From positions 570,252 through 634,251 of the forward strand of contig OY970216.1 in NCBI GenBank assembly GCA_963713955.1: DNA of 64,000 nt, in the 5' to 3' direction. This document shows positions 38,067 to 48,296 of the stretch, piece by piece (positions within the stretch are counted from its first letter, which is position 1; every line of letters starts with the position of its first letter). Source of the DNA: an uncultured bacterium. Its GTDB lineage: Bacteria; Patescibacteriota; Minisyncoccia; UBA6257; GWB1-50-10. The translations under genes and the position numbers were made by a program. The notes beneath the pieces were generated by a model, which saw only the letters and a program-made list of their open reading frames with translations, did no database searches and was not told where the DNA came from.

Positions 38067-39417
38067 GTAGTGTAAATCCCGTATCCGGCAAATAACCCAT
38101 TGGATCTACCGTGACTCCCACCGGTACCAGGCCATTTGCCGGGGGTATTGATTTAAGCTCAAGCTCGGGTGTGTAATAGACTCCAAGATGAAGATGAGGT
38201 CCGAAAGCGTAGCCAGTATTCCCGGAATAGCCTATGAGCTCTCCCCTCTTTATTATATCACCCACCTTTACAACTTGGCGAGAAAGATGTGCATAAAGTG
38301 TCGTGAGGTTATTTTCGTGGTTTATCAATATGTATTTACCGTACTGGTACCGCCTCCACCGGGACGTCCCCTTGTCGTTGTTATCAGCCCTTAGCACCAC
38401 CCCATCGGCAGCCGCATACACTGGCGTGCCGATACTGACGCCGAAATCGACGCCGGTGTGGAAATCGGTTTTGTAAGCTCTCTCGGCAAACTTGGTATAT
38501 CCATACCCCTGCGTAATGATCACATTTTCAACTGGGAAGGACAAAGTGCTGTGTATTTCCGAAGGTAAGAGCTTGGGATTGAATGAAGCCCGTAACTTGC
38601 TTTCTATCCCTTCTATGACTTGCGATATCTCGAGTTGCTGTTCATCGAGCTGATCCATCTGGCTTTGATAAACCTGTTCCTGATTCTTCGTCTCGGTGAG
38701 GACGGCGTTTTTCTCCTGCTTCTGATCCTGCAAGATGTTTTGGGTATTGGCCAAGTTGATTTCTTCCGCCTGCTTTTGCTGTTTTTGCTGGCTTGCCTCG
38801 GTTACTTTCTGTCCCAACGAATCCTGGAGATCGGCGAGCTCGGACAAACTGTCGACGAGCGATTTGTTCAAAAGATACGCCGAGTTGGTTTTGCTGACCG
38901 AATCCGACAGGGTGTCACTGCCAAGAATCGTAAAGAGCGGGCTTTCATTGTCCGCTTGTTCCACCTCGACCATCAGCTTCGCGATGACTTGCTTCCGCTG
39001 GGTTATTTCATCCTGTATACTCGCGATACTTTCATTCGACGATTGTATCTCGAGGCCGAGTTCTTGCGACGTGAGTTGATTCGCCTGTATCTGGAGGTTC
39101 AGTTGGGAAATCTGATAATTCAGACTCTGGACTTCCTGACTCAGTGAACTTTTAGACTGGCCTATCGCGTCGAGTTTGTCCTGCAGGGCCTGCTTTTGAG
39201 CTTCTATCTGCTTCATCTCCTGGCTTTTCTGCTCTATCATCTGCTGTAATGTCGTGACGTCGGTCGTCGTCGCGGACGACGTGGCGCTCGACGCCGCGGC
39301 GCTTTGGGAAACGGTTTGAGCTTTGACCCGCCCCGCGAGTGCCGGCAAAAAAGCGATCAGCAAGAATGTCAAGAGGATCCCGCTGGGACAAAAAAATGTA
39401 AGGCTACTCTTATTCAT
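38059..39417 (-). CDS. M23 (LytM) family peptidase with an N-terminal coiled-coil (EnvC-like)
   Basis: A signal peptide and a long Q/E/L-rich coiled coil are present. The C-terminal LytM motifs are HTGVDF...HLHLGVY. Confidence 0.75.
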   Translation of the reverse strand: MNKSSLTFFCPSGILLTFLLIAFLPALAGRVKAQTVSQSAAASSATSSATTTDVTTLQQMIEQKSQEMKQIEAQKQALQDKLDAIGQSKSSLSQEVQSLNYQISQLNLQIQANQLTSQELGLEIQSSNESIASIQDEITQRKQVIAKLMVEVEQADNESPLFTILGSDTLSDSVSKTNSAYLLNKSLVDSLSELADLQDSLGQKVTEASQQKQQKQAEEINLANTQNILQDQKQEKNAVLTETKNQEQVYQSQMDQLDEQQLEISQVIEGIESKLRASFNPKLLPSEIHSTLSFPVENVIITQGYGYTKFAERAYKTDFHTGVDFGVSIGTPVYAAADGVVLRADNNDKGTSRWRRYQYGKYILINHENNLTTLYAHLSRQVVKVGDIIKRGELIGYSGNTGYAFGPHLHLGVYYTPELELKSIPPANGLVPVGVTVDPMGYLPDTGFTLHE

Positions 39418-40844
39418 TTCTCGGATTTTTCGAGAGAATCCAATTTCTCCAGAGCCTTCTCTATCCTCGACAAGGATTCCTCCTTGCCCAGAATATAGAG
39501 TATCTCAACCGGGCCGGGCGAAGCGTCTTTGCCGGACAAAGCAACCCGGAGCGGCCACAGCACCTCTCCCCTGCCTCGCTGATCGGCGACGGACATGACG
39601 TATTTCTCGACGGCCTCCTTCGACCACAATTCGTGGTTGGGAATGCCTTTCACAACGCTCGCGACGAAACTCAAGTTGTCGGCTATCGCGGCACTCGGCG
39701 CTCCCTTCCAGATCAAAAGCGGAGCCGGATATTCCGGAAGCTCGAAGAAAAATCCGGCGAGACTTTTCAGATCGGACAAACGCCTCAACCGCTCCTTTTC
39801 GATACCGATCACCTTGACAAGCTTCTCCTTGTCGCGAAGCCAGGCTACAGGAACGAAGTCCACTGTCCTTTCCAGCAAAACTTCAGAAGGCAGATTTCTC
39901 AAATAATAGGAATTCAGCCATTCCAGCTTTTCCGGATTGAACACAGCGCCGCCTTTCTGGACTTTCTTGAAACTGAAATCGGCGACCATTTCCTCTCGCG
40001 AAACAACTTCCTTGTCGACCGTGGGATGCCATCCCAAAAGAACCATGAAATTCAAAAAAGCCTCCGGGAGATACTCCTGATCCTTGAAATCCTTGAGGGA
40101 AGCATCCATATACCGCTTCGAGAGTTTCTTCCGATCGGGTCCTAAGATGAGCGGCAGGTGGGCGTAAATCGGCGTTTCGAATCCCAGTGCTTCCTGCATG
40201 GCGACCTGCTTCGGGGTGTTCGAGATATGATCTTCACCTCGGATGACGTGGGTGATTTTCATATCGTGATCGTCGACCATGTTGGCGAAATTGAAGAGCG
40301 GTTCTTCCAGGCCCTTGGCTATGATGACGTCGCCCAAAAGATCCAGATCGAACGTCACCTTGCCCCGTATGAGATCAGTGAAGGAAACCGTGTGCGATGG
40401 CATCCTGAATCGTACGACGTGCTTCTCGGTTTTCGCTCTTTTCTCGGCGACGCCCTTCGGGATCGACCGGCATTTGCCGCTGTACTTGGGCTGGAGACCT
40501 TGGCTCAACTGCGCTTGCCGTTCCGACTCCAATTCTTCGGGAGTGCAGAAACAAAAGTACGCCTTATTCTCGTCAATAAGGCGCTCAAGATATTTTTTAT
40601 AGAGGGGGAGGCGTTCGCTTTGCCTTTCTATTTTCTCATCCCACTGAAGACCAAGCCATTGTAACCCGTCCACGATGCTTTCCTCGTACTCTTTCCGGGA
40701 ACGCTCTTTGTCGGTATCCTCAACGCGGAGAAGAAATTTTCCGCCCTCGTGCCTTGCAAAAAGCCAATTAAAAAGCGCCGTCCGGGCATTTCCCAGGCTG
40801 AAGTATCCCGTTGGCGATGGGGCAAATCTGACCCTAACCGGCAT
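39414..40844 (-). CDS. gltX: Glutamyl-tRNA synthetase
   Basis: The N-terminus reads RVRFAPSPTGYFSLGNART with the HIGH-region motif and the KMSKS-like motif KLSKR. Confidence 0.9.
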   Translation of the reverse strand: MPVRVRFAPSPTGYFSLGNARTALFNWLFARHEGGKFLLRVEDTDKERSRKEYEESIVDGLQWLGLQWDEKIERQSERLPLYKKYLERLIDENKAYFCFCTPEELESERQAQLSQGLQPKYSGKCRSIPKGVAEKRAKTEKHVVRFRMPSHTVSFTDLIRGKVTFDLDLLGDVIIAKGLEEPLFNFANMVDDHDMKITHVIRGEDHISNTPKQVAMQEALGFETPIYAHLPLILGPDRKKLSKRYMDASLKDFKDQEYLPEAFLNFMVLLGWHPTVDKEVVSREEMVADFSFKKVQKGGAVFNPEKLEWLNSYYLRNLPSEVLLERTVDFVPVAWLRDKEKLVKVIGIEKERLRRLSDLKSLAGFFFELPEYPAPLLIWKGAPSAAIADNLSFVASVVKGIPNHELWSKEAVEKYVMSVADQRGRGEVLWPLRVALSGKDASPGPVEILYILGKEESLSRIEKALEKLDSLEKSEK

Positions 40845-40902
40845 ACCTAAATTGTATCCCGGGCAAGCCCTTTTGTCACTTTGATGCCCTATTCTCCCTC
40901 GA

Positions 40903-42042
40903 TCACTTTTTCCCCGAACATAAGAGTAGAATATCCTTGGCTATCAAGTCCGCCGCATCCGGCTTTGCGAAAACCTTGGCGGCGGCGGACATTTTCTCGT
41001 ACGTCCCGGCATCGCCCAAGATATCCTTGAGTTTCACGAGCACCACGTTCAGTTTCAAATTGTCTTCTTCCACGACGACGGCTGCTCCCGTCGCGGCATA
41101 CGCGTACGCGTTGATCTTCTGGTGGTTGCCGGCGGCTTCCGGCAACGGGACTAAAATCGAAGGCTTCCCAAAAAAGGCGGCTTCGAATATTGATGCCGAT
41201 CCTGATCTTGAAAGAACCACGTCCGCCGCCGAATAAGCGGTTCGGAGCCCCTCCGTATCAAAAAATCCAACGAGTTTATACCTCGAGGAATAGAGCGAGC
41301 TCATTTCCCGCGAGAGAGACTCGGTGAGAAGTTTCGCTTCCTCGAAATTCGCTGGGCCGACCTGGTGGTAAATCTGATAATCCTTGAGGAGCGCTTCGAA
41401 GTTGTCAAAGATGAACTGATTGATCCGCGTCGCGCCCTGGGAACCGCCCATGACGACGATGAGCGGAAGACTTTTGTCAAACCCGAGCTTTCCCTTCGCG
41501 TCGTCCTTCTGAAGCGGCATCCCGGTCCAGGTTTCCCGCACGACCGGATTCCCGACGAGGTTCACTCGTTCCCGTTTCTTGAAATAAGCGCGGCATTCCT
41601 CGAAGGAGATCTCTATCTTCTTCGCGAACTTCCCCGACACGCGCCCGGTAAGCCCCGGCACCGTATCCGACTCATGAATCACGACCGGAATCAGATAAAA
41701 CCGCGCGGCGAGAACGATAGGCAGGGCCCCCGGCCCGCCCTTCGAAAAAACGACGTCGGGCATGAGGAAATACAATTTACAAAGCGCCTGGACGAGACTC
41801 AAAAAAAACTTCGGGATGTCCACGAAGTTGGACAGGGAAAAGTACCGGCGGAGCTTGCTCGAGATGATCGGTGAAAACCGGATGTTCCTTTCCGCGAATT
41901 CCTCCTCGTACCGGTCTTTTGGCCCCACGTAGACGAGTTCCACTTCTAGATCGCCGCTCAATCTCGCGAGCGCATCGGCGACGGCAAGGAGAGGATACAC
42001 GTGTCCCCCGCTCCCTCCCCCCGTCAAAACGATTCGTTTCAT
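40903..42042 (-). CDS. murG: UDP-GlcNAc:undecaprenyl-PP-MurNAc-pentapeptide GlcNAc transferase
   Basis: The N-terminus reads LTGGGSGGHVYPLLAVA. A GT28 C-terminal domain is present. Confidence 0.85.
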   Translation of the reverse strand: MKRIVLTGGGSGGHVYPLLAVADALARLSGDLEVELVYVGPKDRYEEEFAERNIRFSPIISSKLRRYFSLSNFVDIPKFFLSLVQALCKLYFLMPDVVFSKGGPGALPIVLAARFYLIPVVIHESDTVPGLTGRVSGKFAKKIEISFEECRAYFKKRERVNLVGNPVVRETWTGMPLQKDDAKGKLGFDKSLPLIVVMGGSQGATRINQFIFDNFEALLKDYQIYHQVGPANFEEAKLLTESLSREMSSLYSSRYKLVGFFDTEGLRTAYSAADVVLSRSGSASIFEAAFFGKPSILVPLPEAAGNHQKINAYAYAATGAAVVVEEDNLKLNVVLVKLKDILGDAGTYEKMSAAAKVFAKPDAADLIAKDILLLCSGKK

Positions 42043-42078
42043 CTTTCTTATTCTACAACCAAAAAGCGGCCGTGAGAA

Positions 42079-42804
42079 TCATTCCAGCTCTCCCAGGAAA
42101 ACCTTTTCAAGAATGCCACTCCCCGTAAGAGAATCAGGGCTACCCTCTTTAATTACCTTCCCTTTATCCATCACGTAAGCTCTGTCGACTAACTTCAGCA
42201 ACGATTTGATATTATGTTCTACGATGATGATCGCCGTCTTGTGCCGTTCGTTGATTTCTTTTATCCTCTCGAAAACCTCAACAACCACTTTCGGTGCCAA
42301 TCCAAGTGACGGCTCGTCCAGAAGCAGAACCTTGGGATTAGTCACCAGCCCCCGCGCCAAAGCCAACATTTGCTGTTCACCGCCAGAGAGCATTCCTGAT
42401 CTCGTCTTCCGCTTCCTCTTCAAAATCGGGAAGGTGTCCATTACTTCCTCCATCCGGCGCTTCAGCTCCGCCTTGTCACCGACGCTAAATCCGCCAATCT
42501 CTAAATTTTCCTCAACCGTGAGATTCGTAAAGACACGCCTTCCTTGGGGAACCAACGCTACACCATAGAGCACCAGCTTATACGGCACTGGCACAATCGG
42601 CTGCTCGTGGAATAGCACCTGACCTGACGAGATCGGCGCTAAACCAAAGATTGCCTTTAAAACAGTTGACTTTCCTGCGCCATTCGGACCCATGAGGGCT
42701 ACCATCTCCCCCTCATCGATGGCGATCGAGACTCCATCCAGCGCTTTCACCCCACCGTAATGAACCTGAACATCCCTCAGTTGAAGAAGAGTTTCTTCTT
42801 TCAT
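42079..42804 (-). CDS. livF: Branched-chain amino acid ABC transporter ATP-binding protein LivF
   Basis: Walker A is GPNGAGKST. The signature LSGGEQQML is present. It is the last gene of the liv-type operon. Confidence 0.8.
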   Translation of the reverse strand: MKEETLLQLRDVQVHYGGVKALDGVSIAIDEGEMVALMGPNGAGKSTVLKAIFGLAPISSGQVLFHEQPIVPVPYKLVLYGVALVPQGRRVFTNLTVEENLEIGGFSVGDKAELKRRMEEVMDTFPILKRKRKTRSGMLSGGEQQMLALARGLVTNPKVLLLDEPSLGLAPKVVVEVFERIKEINERHKTAIIIVEHNIKSLLKLVDRAYVMDKGKVIKEGSPDSLTGSGILEKVFLGELE

Positions 42805-43532
42805 TCTCCGAGATACGCTTCTATAACTTCTCGACGTTTCAACACTTCATCCGGTTTTCCTTCAGCCAAAAGCTTCCCGCTGTCCATGACGATGATGTAA
42901 TCTGACAACTCGCGCACTAATTCCATGTTATGTTCAACGAGAACCACGGTCTTACTCTCAGTATGTAATTCCCTCAATATCGACATCACAACCTTAACCA
43001 TCTCGGGGAAAAGCCCCGCAAACGGCTCGTCAAAAAGAAATATATCTGCATGCATTGCCAGCGCACGGGCAATTTCCAAGAGTTTTCTCTGGCCATAGGA
43101 ACAATTCACAGCGAGTTCGTGCCGCTTTTCCCACAGCCGAACTTTTTTTAAAAGTTCCTCCGCCTGCGACAAATGAAACTTCGTGTGCTTAGTCATAAGC
43201 GCTGGGAACACCGCTCGCTCCGTCAAGACGACAAGGATATTATCCAATACCGTCATCTGATTGAAAAGCCGCACCTCTTGAAACGTCCGGGTGATCCCCA
43301 ATGATGGAAGCTCGCGCGACGGAAGCCTTTGAAATGTTTCGCCCCCGATTACGACAGCACCGCCGTCCACTGGCCATATACCCGTCAAAACGTTGATAAG
43401 CGTCGATTTACCGCTCCCGTTAGGGCCTATGACACTCGTCACGCTCCCCTTCTCAAATGAGAGAGAAAGATTATCCACCGCGTGAACCCCCTTAAAGTAT
43501 TTTTCCAAATTTTTTGTTTCAAAAGCTTTCAT
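42801..43532 (-). CDS. livG: Branched-chain amino acid ABC transporter ATP-binding protein LivG
   Basis: Walker A is GPNGSGKSTL. A 4-nt overlap links it to the flanking genes. Confidence 0.8.
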   Translation of the reverse strand: MKAFETKNLEKYFKGVHAVDNLSLSFEKGSVTSVIGPNGSGKSTLINVLTGIWPVDGGAVVIGGETFQRLPSRELPSLGITRTFQEVRLFNQMTVLDNILVVLTERAVFPALMTKHTKFHLSQAEELLKKVRLWEKRHELAVNCSYGQRKLLEIARALAMHADIFLFDEPFAGLFPEMVKVVMSILRELHTESKTVVLVEHNMELVRELSDYIIVMDSGKLLAEGKPDEVLKRREVIEAYLGE

Positions 43533-43536
43533 GGTA

Positions 43537-44421
43537 TCAATCGTTAATCGCTCTGTTCCACTTAAACTCCCCCAACAGCCCTTGCGGTCTGTACAGCATG
43601 AAAACGATTAAAAAGATGCCGTACAAAAGCTGACGCATCTCGGCAGCGATGTCTTCCGAAAAACCGACAAACCGAAGTGCCTCCGGCAAAAAGGTGAGGA
43701 CGAATGCTCCCAAGAGCGATCCGTTCAAATTCGCCGCACCACCCAAGATCACAATGGAAAAAATGAAAACTGATTCCATGACATCGAATGAAGATGGTGC
43801 GATGAAAGTGAGGTATGACGCGAAAAGCGATCCCGCAATCGAGGCAAAAAGAGCCGCGATGGTGAAAACCGCGAGTTTGTAATGTAAGGTATTGTAACCA
43901 AAAACCGATATGGCTTTTTCATCCTCGCGTATGGCCTTCAAGGTTCTGCCGAAAGACGAGGAAACTATGAACCGACAGGCAAAATACGAAACGACAAGAA
44001 TGAGAAGGCACAAAATGAGGAAGTTATTGGTGGCAGAAAAATCAAGTCCGAAGATGGCGGGGCGCGGAATACCTGGGATACCCAAAGGACCGCGCGTCAG
44101 CGACTGCCAGTTCGTGAAAACGGCAGTCAAAATGAGATTCATGCCTATCGTCCCCAGAACATAATAATCCCAGTTCAGGTTCCGCAAAACTCTTCCTACC
44201 AGATATGACACTATTCCTGCAATCACCATTCCGGTGAGGACGGAAACGAAAAAGTTTGCGTGATAATCGACCGTTAAAATCGCCGTCGCGTACGCTCCAA
44301 TGCCGAAAAATGCAGCGTGCACGACAGACACGAGTCCTGTATAGCCGACCACCAAATTTAAACTCATCGCCAGTATGGCATAAATACAGAACAAGATAAG
44401 GATATTGATCAGGTACGGCAT
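43537..44421 (-). CDS. livM: Branched-chain amino acid ABC transporter permease LivM
   Basis: A polytopic permease positioned between livH and livG. Confidence 0.75.
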   Translation of the reverse strand: MPYLINILILFCIYAILAMSLNLVVGYTGLVSVVHAAFFGIGAYATAILTVDYHANFFVSVLTGMVIAGIVSYLVGRVLRNLNWDYYVLGTIGMNLILTAVFTNWQSLTRGPLGIPGIPRPAIFGLDFSATNNFLILCLLILVVSYFACRFIVSSSFGRTLKAIREDEKAISVFGYNTLHYKLAVFTIAALFASIAGSLFASYLTFIAPSSFDVMESVFIFSIVILGGAANLNGSLLGAFVLTFLPEALRFVGFSEDIAAEMRQLLYGIFLIVFMLYRPQGLLGEFKWNRAIND

Positions 44422-45300
44422 TTATTTTTTCGATACGCCTTGTAGAATCCCTTGCGGACGGAAGATGAGAAACAAAACAAGGAGCCCAAATGCTATAGCC
44501 GGTTTCCATATGGCATTTATCTTCCAAACACCGAAGTTTTCGGTGAACGCGAGAAGGAATGCTCCCAGAACTCCGCCGTAAACGTTGCCGATACCGCCGA
44601 CGATCGAAGCCGTCGCTGCCTCAAGAAGGAAGAAGAATCCCATCGTCGGGAAAATGCCTACGTCGAACCCAACAAGAATACCTGCGAGTCCCGCGATAGC
44701 ACCGCTCACGAAAAACACAATGGAGATAACACGGTTGCTGTTAACGCCCATAATTCGGGAAACCTCCTCGTCATCGCTCACCGCCCGTACAAGTTTGCCG
44801 AATTTGCTTCGCTTAAGGATAACCGCCAAACACACAAAAGCCAAAAGAGCCACGATGAGGGTGATCGCTTCCACCAAGGTGATGGAAGCGCCAAGAACCG
44901 TATAAACCGGCGGAAGAAAGTCTTGACTTACCAAACTCTGATACTGCGAGGTGAAAAATATGGCGATTGCCGACTCCAAGAGAAGCATGAGTCCGATCGA
45001 TGCTATGACATGCACGGTGCTCGCCGCTCCTTGCCGGCGAAGTTTCTTGAATATAAGAACATCAGAGAGATACGACACGACCCCGGCACCAACGATTGCC
45101 AAGAGAATCCCGAGCCACAAGGGGAGGGCGTACTGCCGGCAAAATAAAAACACGAGATACGCGCCGACGGCCGCAGTGGCGCCGTAGGCCACATTTAAGA
45201 ATTTCGTAATGCCGTAGAGAAGATTAAACCCGAGAGTGAGAATAACGTATACTGCCCCGGCAATCACAACGTTCATCACCAACTGATTCAAAAAACCCAT
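44422..45300 (-). CDS. livH: Branched-chain amino acid ABC transporter permease LivH
   Basis: A polytopic permease. Confidence 0.75.
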   Translation of the reverse strand: MGFLNQLVMNVVIAGAVYVILTLGFNLLYGITKFLNVAYGATAAVGAYLVFLFCRQYALPLWLGILLAIVGAGVVSYLSDVLIFKKLRRQGAASTVHVIASIGLMLLLESAIAIFFTSQYQSLVSQDFLPPVYTVLGASITLVEAITLIVALLAFVCLAVILKRSKFGKLVRAVSDDEEVSRIMGVNSNRVISIVFFVSGAIAGLAGILVGFDVGIFPTMGFFFLLEAATASIVGGIGNVYGGVLGAFLLAFTENFGVWKINAIWKPAIAFGLLVLFLIFRPQGILQGVSKK

Positions 45301-45395
45301 ATATTTATATTCTATCGAACTTCGAAACGCGAAACAAAGGCACCTTCCGGCGTAAAACCAGAGAGCTCACAAGAACTAAAGCTCCTCCATAATCC

Positions 45396-46535
45396 TTACC
45401 GACTCAACTCTTCGAGTTTCCCGTTCATGAACTCCTTTACGATGAACTTCGCCGTCACATCGTCGCCATTCTGGTCTAACGTATAAGTATCCGCAATCCC
45501 CTTATAGGTGAAGTTATTTTTCAATGCCGCGTTTATTTTCTCACTATCCATTCCGACATTCTGTATGATCGTCGCTAATGCTTTGAGCACATCATAGGCA
45601 CGCGGCGCATAAATCATGAGCTGCTGCCCATTCGTTCTTTTTGCCATTTCATCGACGAATGCCTTGGGCAACTGTTCATTTGCGGCAACCGTGTAGAGAG
45701 CGCCGTCGGCAGCAGAGCCTGCCTCAGCCGGTATCTTGGGATCATCCCACGCATCGCCGCCCATGACTTGACTTTTAACTCCTATCTGCTTTATCTGCTC
45801 TAATCCCACTATGCTGCTGTCCGTATACGACGGGAAGTATATGACATCCGGATTCGCAGCTTTTATCTTCGTGATTTGAGTTCGAAGATCCTGTGCACCT
45901 TGCTGAAACCCCTCTTCGTCCACTACCTTCACGCCCAATTCTCCCAGCCGCTGTTTCACCACATCATGAAGTCCGACACACCAATCACTCAAACAATACA
46001 GAACTGCTACTCGCTTGGCCTTGAGAGTGTTAGCAATATATTCAGCCGCGAACTTCCCCTGGAAATTGTCAGAAGCGATGAAACGATATTTGTAATCACC
46101 GGCTGTCGTGATCTTCGGATTCGTCGAGCCGTAACTTATAATAGGAACGTGCGCTGCTTGAGCAATAGGAATCGTGGCTAACGTCTCTGAAGAACATAGC
46201 CCCCCGATAACGGCGACTACCTTGTCGACATTCATCAATTTATTAGCGGCATCAGCAGCGGCGGTTGGATCGCATTTACTATCCTCGGCAACGACCTCGA
46301 CTTGCCGACCGCCTATACCTCCCGCACTGTTTATTTCGTCTCTTGCAATCTGAACCGCTGCAAGTGAATTTTCACCCGGAGATGCTTCGTCCCCTGTCAG
46401 AGGTCCCAGGAAACCGACCTTAATGATGTTGCCCTGCCCTCCCTTATTGCTCACGCCATAGATTACGATCACCGCCACGACGACGACCGCGACGACGATC
46501 CACGCGATTATCCCCTTCTTCTTTGTTTGATCCAT
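45396..46535 (-). CDS. livK: Periplasmic Leu/Ile/Val-binding protein (LivJ/K family), membrane-anchored
   Basis: An N-terminal transmembrane anchor is followed by a type I periplasmic binding fold. It is the first gene of the operon. Confidence 0.75.
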   Translation of the reverse strand: MDQTKKKGIIAWIVVAVVVVAVIVIYGVSNKGGQGNIIKVGFLGPLTGDEASPGENSLAAVQIARDEINSAGGIGGRQVEVVAEDSKCDPTAAADAANKLMNVDKVVAVIGGLCSSETLATIPIAQAAHVPIISYGSTNPKITTAGDYKYRFIASDNFQGKFAAEYIANTLKAKRVAVLYCLSDWCVGLHDVVKQRLGELGVKVVDEEGFQQGAQDLRTQITKIKAANPDVIYFPSYTDSSIVGLEQIKQIGVKSQVMGGDAWDDPKIPAEAGSAADGALYTVAANEQLPKAFVDEMAKRTNGQQLMIYAPRAYDVLKALATIIQNVGMDSEKINAALKNNFTYKGIADTYTLDQNGDDVTAKFIVKEFMNGKLEELSR

Positions 46536-46603
46536 GATTTGAAATAATGGATTTGACGACTTTTACAAATTATATCACAACAACCCGCGGCGGCAATCGC
46601 CCC

Positions 46604-47122
46604 TCAATTTTGACCGGAATTCTTTCCCAAAAGCAATTCGACGATATGGGACATCGTGGGGGTGTACTTGCCGGGATTTTTTCTCACGTCTTCCCTCAAT
46701 TTTTCTCCAAGGACCCAGGCAATTTCCTCCACTTCGTCTTCCTGAATCTTGAAGTCGCTTAAGGGATGATCTAGCTTCAACGTGAACCACTGCCCGAAGA
46801 AATTATAACTAGAATGTGCTCTTTCCTTCGGGCCGATATCGAATTTGACGCCTTCTATCCCTAATTCCTCCTTCGCCTCCTTGTAGATGTTGTCTTCGTA
46901 CGTCTCTCCTTCATCGACCGTTCCCGCAACAGCTGGTCCCCACTTACCCGGATCGTGCTTCTTGGTGAATTTTCTCTGGGCGATCAGTACCTCGCCCTTG
47001 GAATTGGTTACCCAAAGCGCTGACACGCGATAGATGTCCTTTTTCGGATCTATTTCATCAAAGTCTTTATAACCGATGATTTCATCGTTTTCGTTTACGA
47101 CCGGAATTTTTGGCTTTTTCAT
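46604..47122 (-). CDS. NUDIX hydrolase
   Basis: The NUDIX box is GTVDEGETYEDNIYKEAKEELGI. Confidence 0.7.
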   Translation of the reverse strand: MKKPKIPVVNENDEIIGYKDFDEIDPKKDIYRVSALWVTNSKGEVLIAQRKFTKKHDPGKWGPAVAGTVDEGETYEDNIYKEAKEELGIEGVKFDIGPKERAHSSYNFFGQWFTLKLDHPLSDFKIQEDEVEEIAWVLGEKLREDVRKNPGKYTPTMSHIVELLLGKNSGQN

Positions 47123-47195
47123 GTTGGTTTTCCTTATTGTAATACAAAAATAGACAAGGTAAACCCGATTCTCATGAGCGAACTTCTAGTGCTCT

Positions 47196-48296
47196 CTACC
47201 TCCTCGAAATGTTCACGATGATGCCGGACATGGTCAAGAACACCGCGAGCGCGGTCCCGCCGTAGCTCGTGAAGGGCAGAGGAACTCCCGTGAAGGGCAG
47301 GAGACCCGAAACGGCAGCCATGTGAACAAATGCCTGGAGCCCTATGACGGAAACAAAGCCGACGACGGTGAGTTCAGCGAAGAGGTCCGAGGCTCGCTTC
47401 GCGATTTTGACACCCCGCCAGACGAACATCAAGAAAGCCATGATGAGAAGCGCGACGCCGACGAAGCCGAGTTCTTCGGCTATCACGGCGAAGATTGAAT
47501 CCCCCATCGGCTCGGGGAGATAGTGCAGTTTCGTCGTCGAGCGGCCGTAGCCTACTCCCCAGAGCCCGCCGGAGCCGATTGCAAGAAGCGATTGGTTGAT
47601 TTGGTACGTCTTGCCGAGCGTGTCCGACTCGGGATGGAGGAAACTAAAAACCCTCTCGAACCGATAGGGCGTCACAGCGACGAGGAGCGCAAGACCGAGA
47701 AGCCCCACGATGATGATGAAAGCGAGAGATTTCAACTTGGCTCCGGCGATGAGATACATGATAAGCGCCGCACTCGTGATGAGAATGACCGTCGTCGTCG
47801 CAGGCTGGAGAACGATGGGAACGATGACCAACATGAGAATCACGAGAAACGGCAGCGTGCCTTCCCGGAAGCTCTCCCGCCTCGCCGACGTTTTCGAAAG
47901 CCACGAGGCCATGTAAAGGATAAGCGCGATCTTCACAAACTCCGACGGCTGGAAACCGAAACTTCCGAGGTGGAGCCACCGGTCGGCTCCGTAGGCTTGG
48001 AAACCGAGAGGCGTGAAAACCAGAAGCAGGAACAGGATGCCGACGATGAGAAGATACAAACTCACCTTCTGCCAGATCTTGTAATCGAGGAAAAAACCAA
48101 GGAGAAAACCTACGAGGCCCGGCAAAAGTCCGAAGAGTATCTGATGGGTGAGGTAATAGAAACTGTCGCCGTACTGGGCTTTTGCCACGTCCGACGAAGC
48201 GGAGGTCAACATCACGAGCCCGAAAACCACGAGCACCGTCAAGAGAAATATAAAGACATAATCGGGGCTGGATCGTTTGGAGAGATTTTTACTCAT
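47196..48296 (-). CDS. ftsW: FtsW/RodA/SpoVE-family peptidoglycan glycosyltransferase
   Basis: A 10-TM SEDS-family protein. It sits in dcw-cluster context (mraY...ftsW...murG). Confidence 0.75.
   Translation of the reverse strand: MSKNLSKRSSPDYVFIFLLTVLVVFGLVMLTSASSDVAKAQYGDSFYYLTHQILFGLLPGLVGFLLGFFLDYKIWQKVSLYLLIVGILFLLLVFTPLGFQAYGADRWLHLGSFGFQPSEFVKIALILYMASWLSKTSARRESFREGTLPFLVILMLVIVPIVLQPATTTVILITSAALIMYLIAGAKLKSLAFIIIVGLLGLALLVAVTPYRFERVFSFLHPESDTLGKTYQINQSLLAIGSGGLWGVGYGRSTTKLHYLPEPMGDSIFAVIAEELGFVGVALLIMAFLMFVWRGVKIAKRASDLFAELTVVGFVSVIGLQAFVHMAAVSGLLPFTGVPLPFTSYGGTALAVFLTMSGIIVNISRR

Noticed and set aside
44452-45147. Antisense ORFs inside the liv operon (for example 44452-45147 +) and inside uvrA, typA, murC and the ThiF-like gene
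   Set aside because: They lie opposite strongly supported genes, have biased composition and have no motifs. I take them as spurious.
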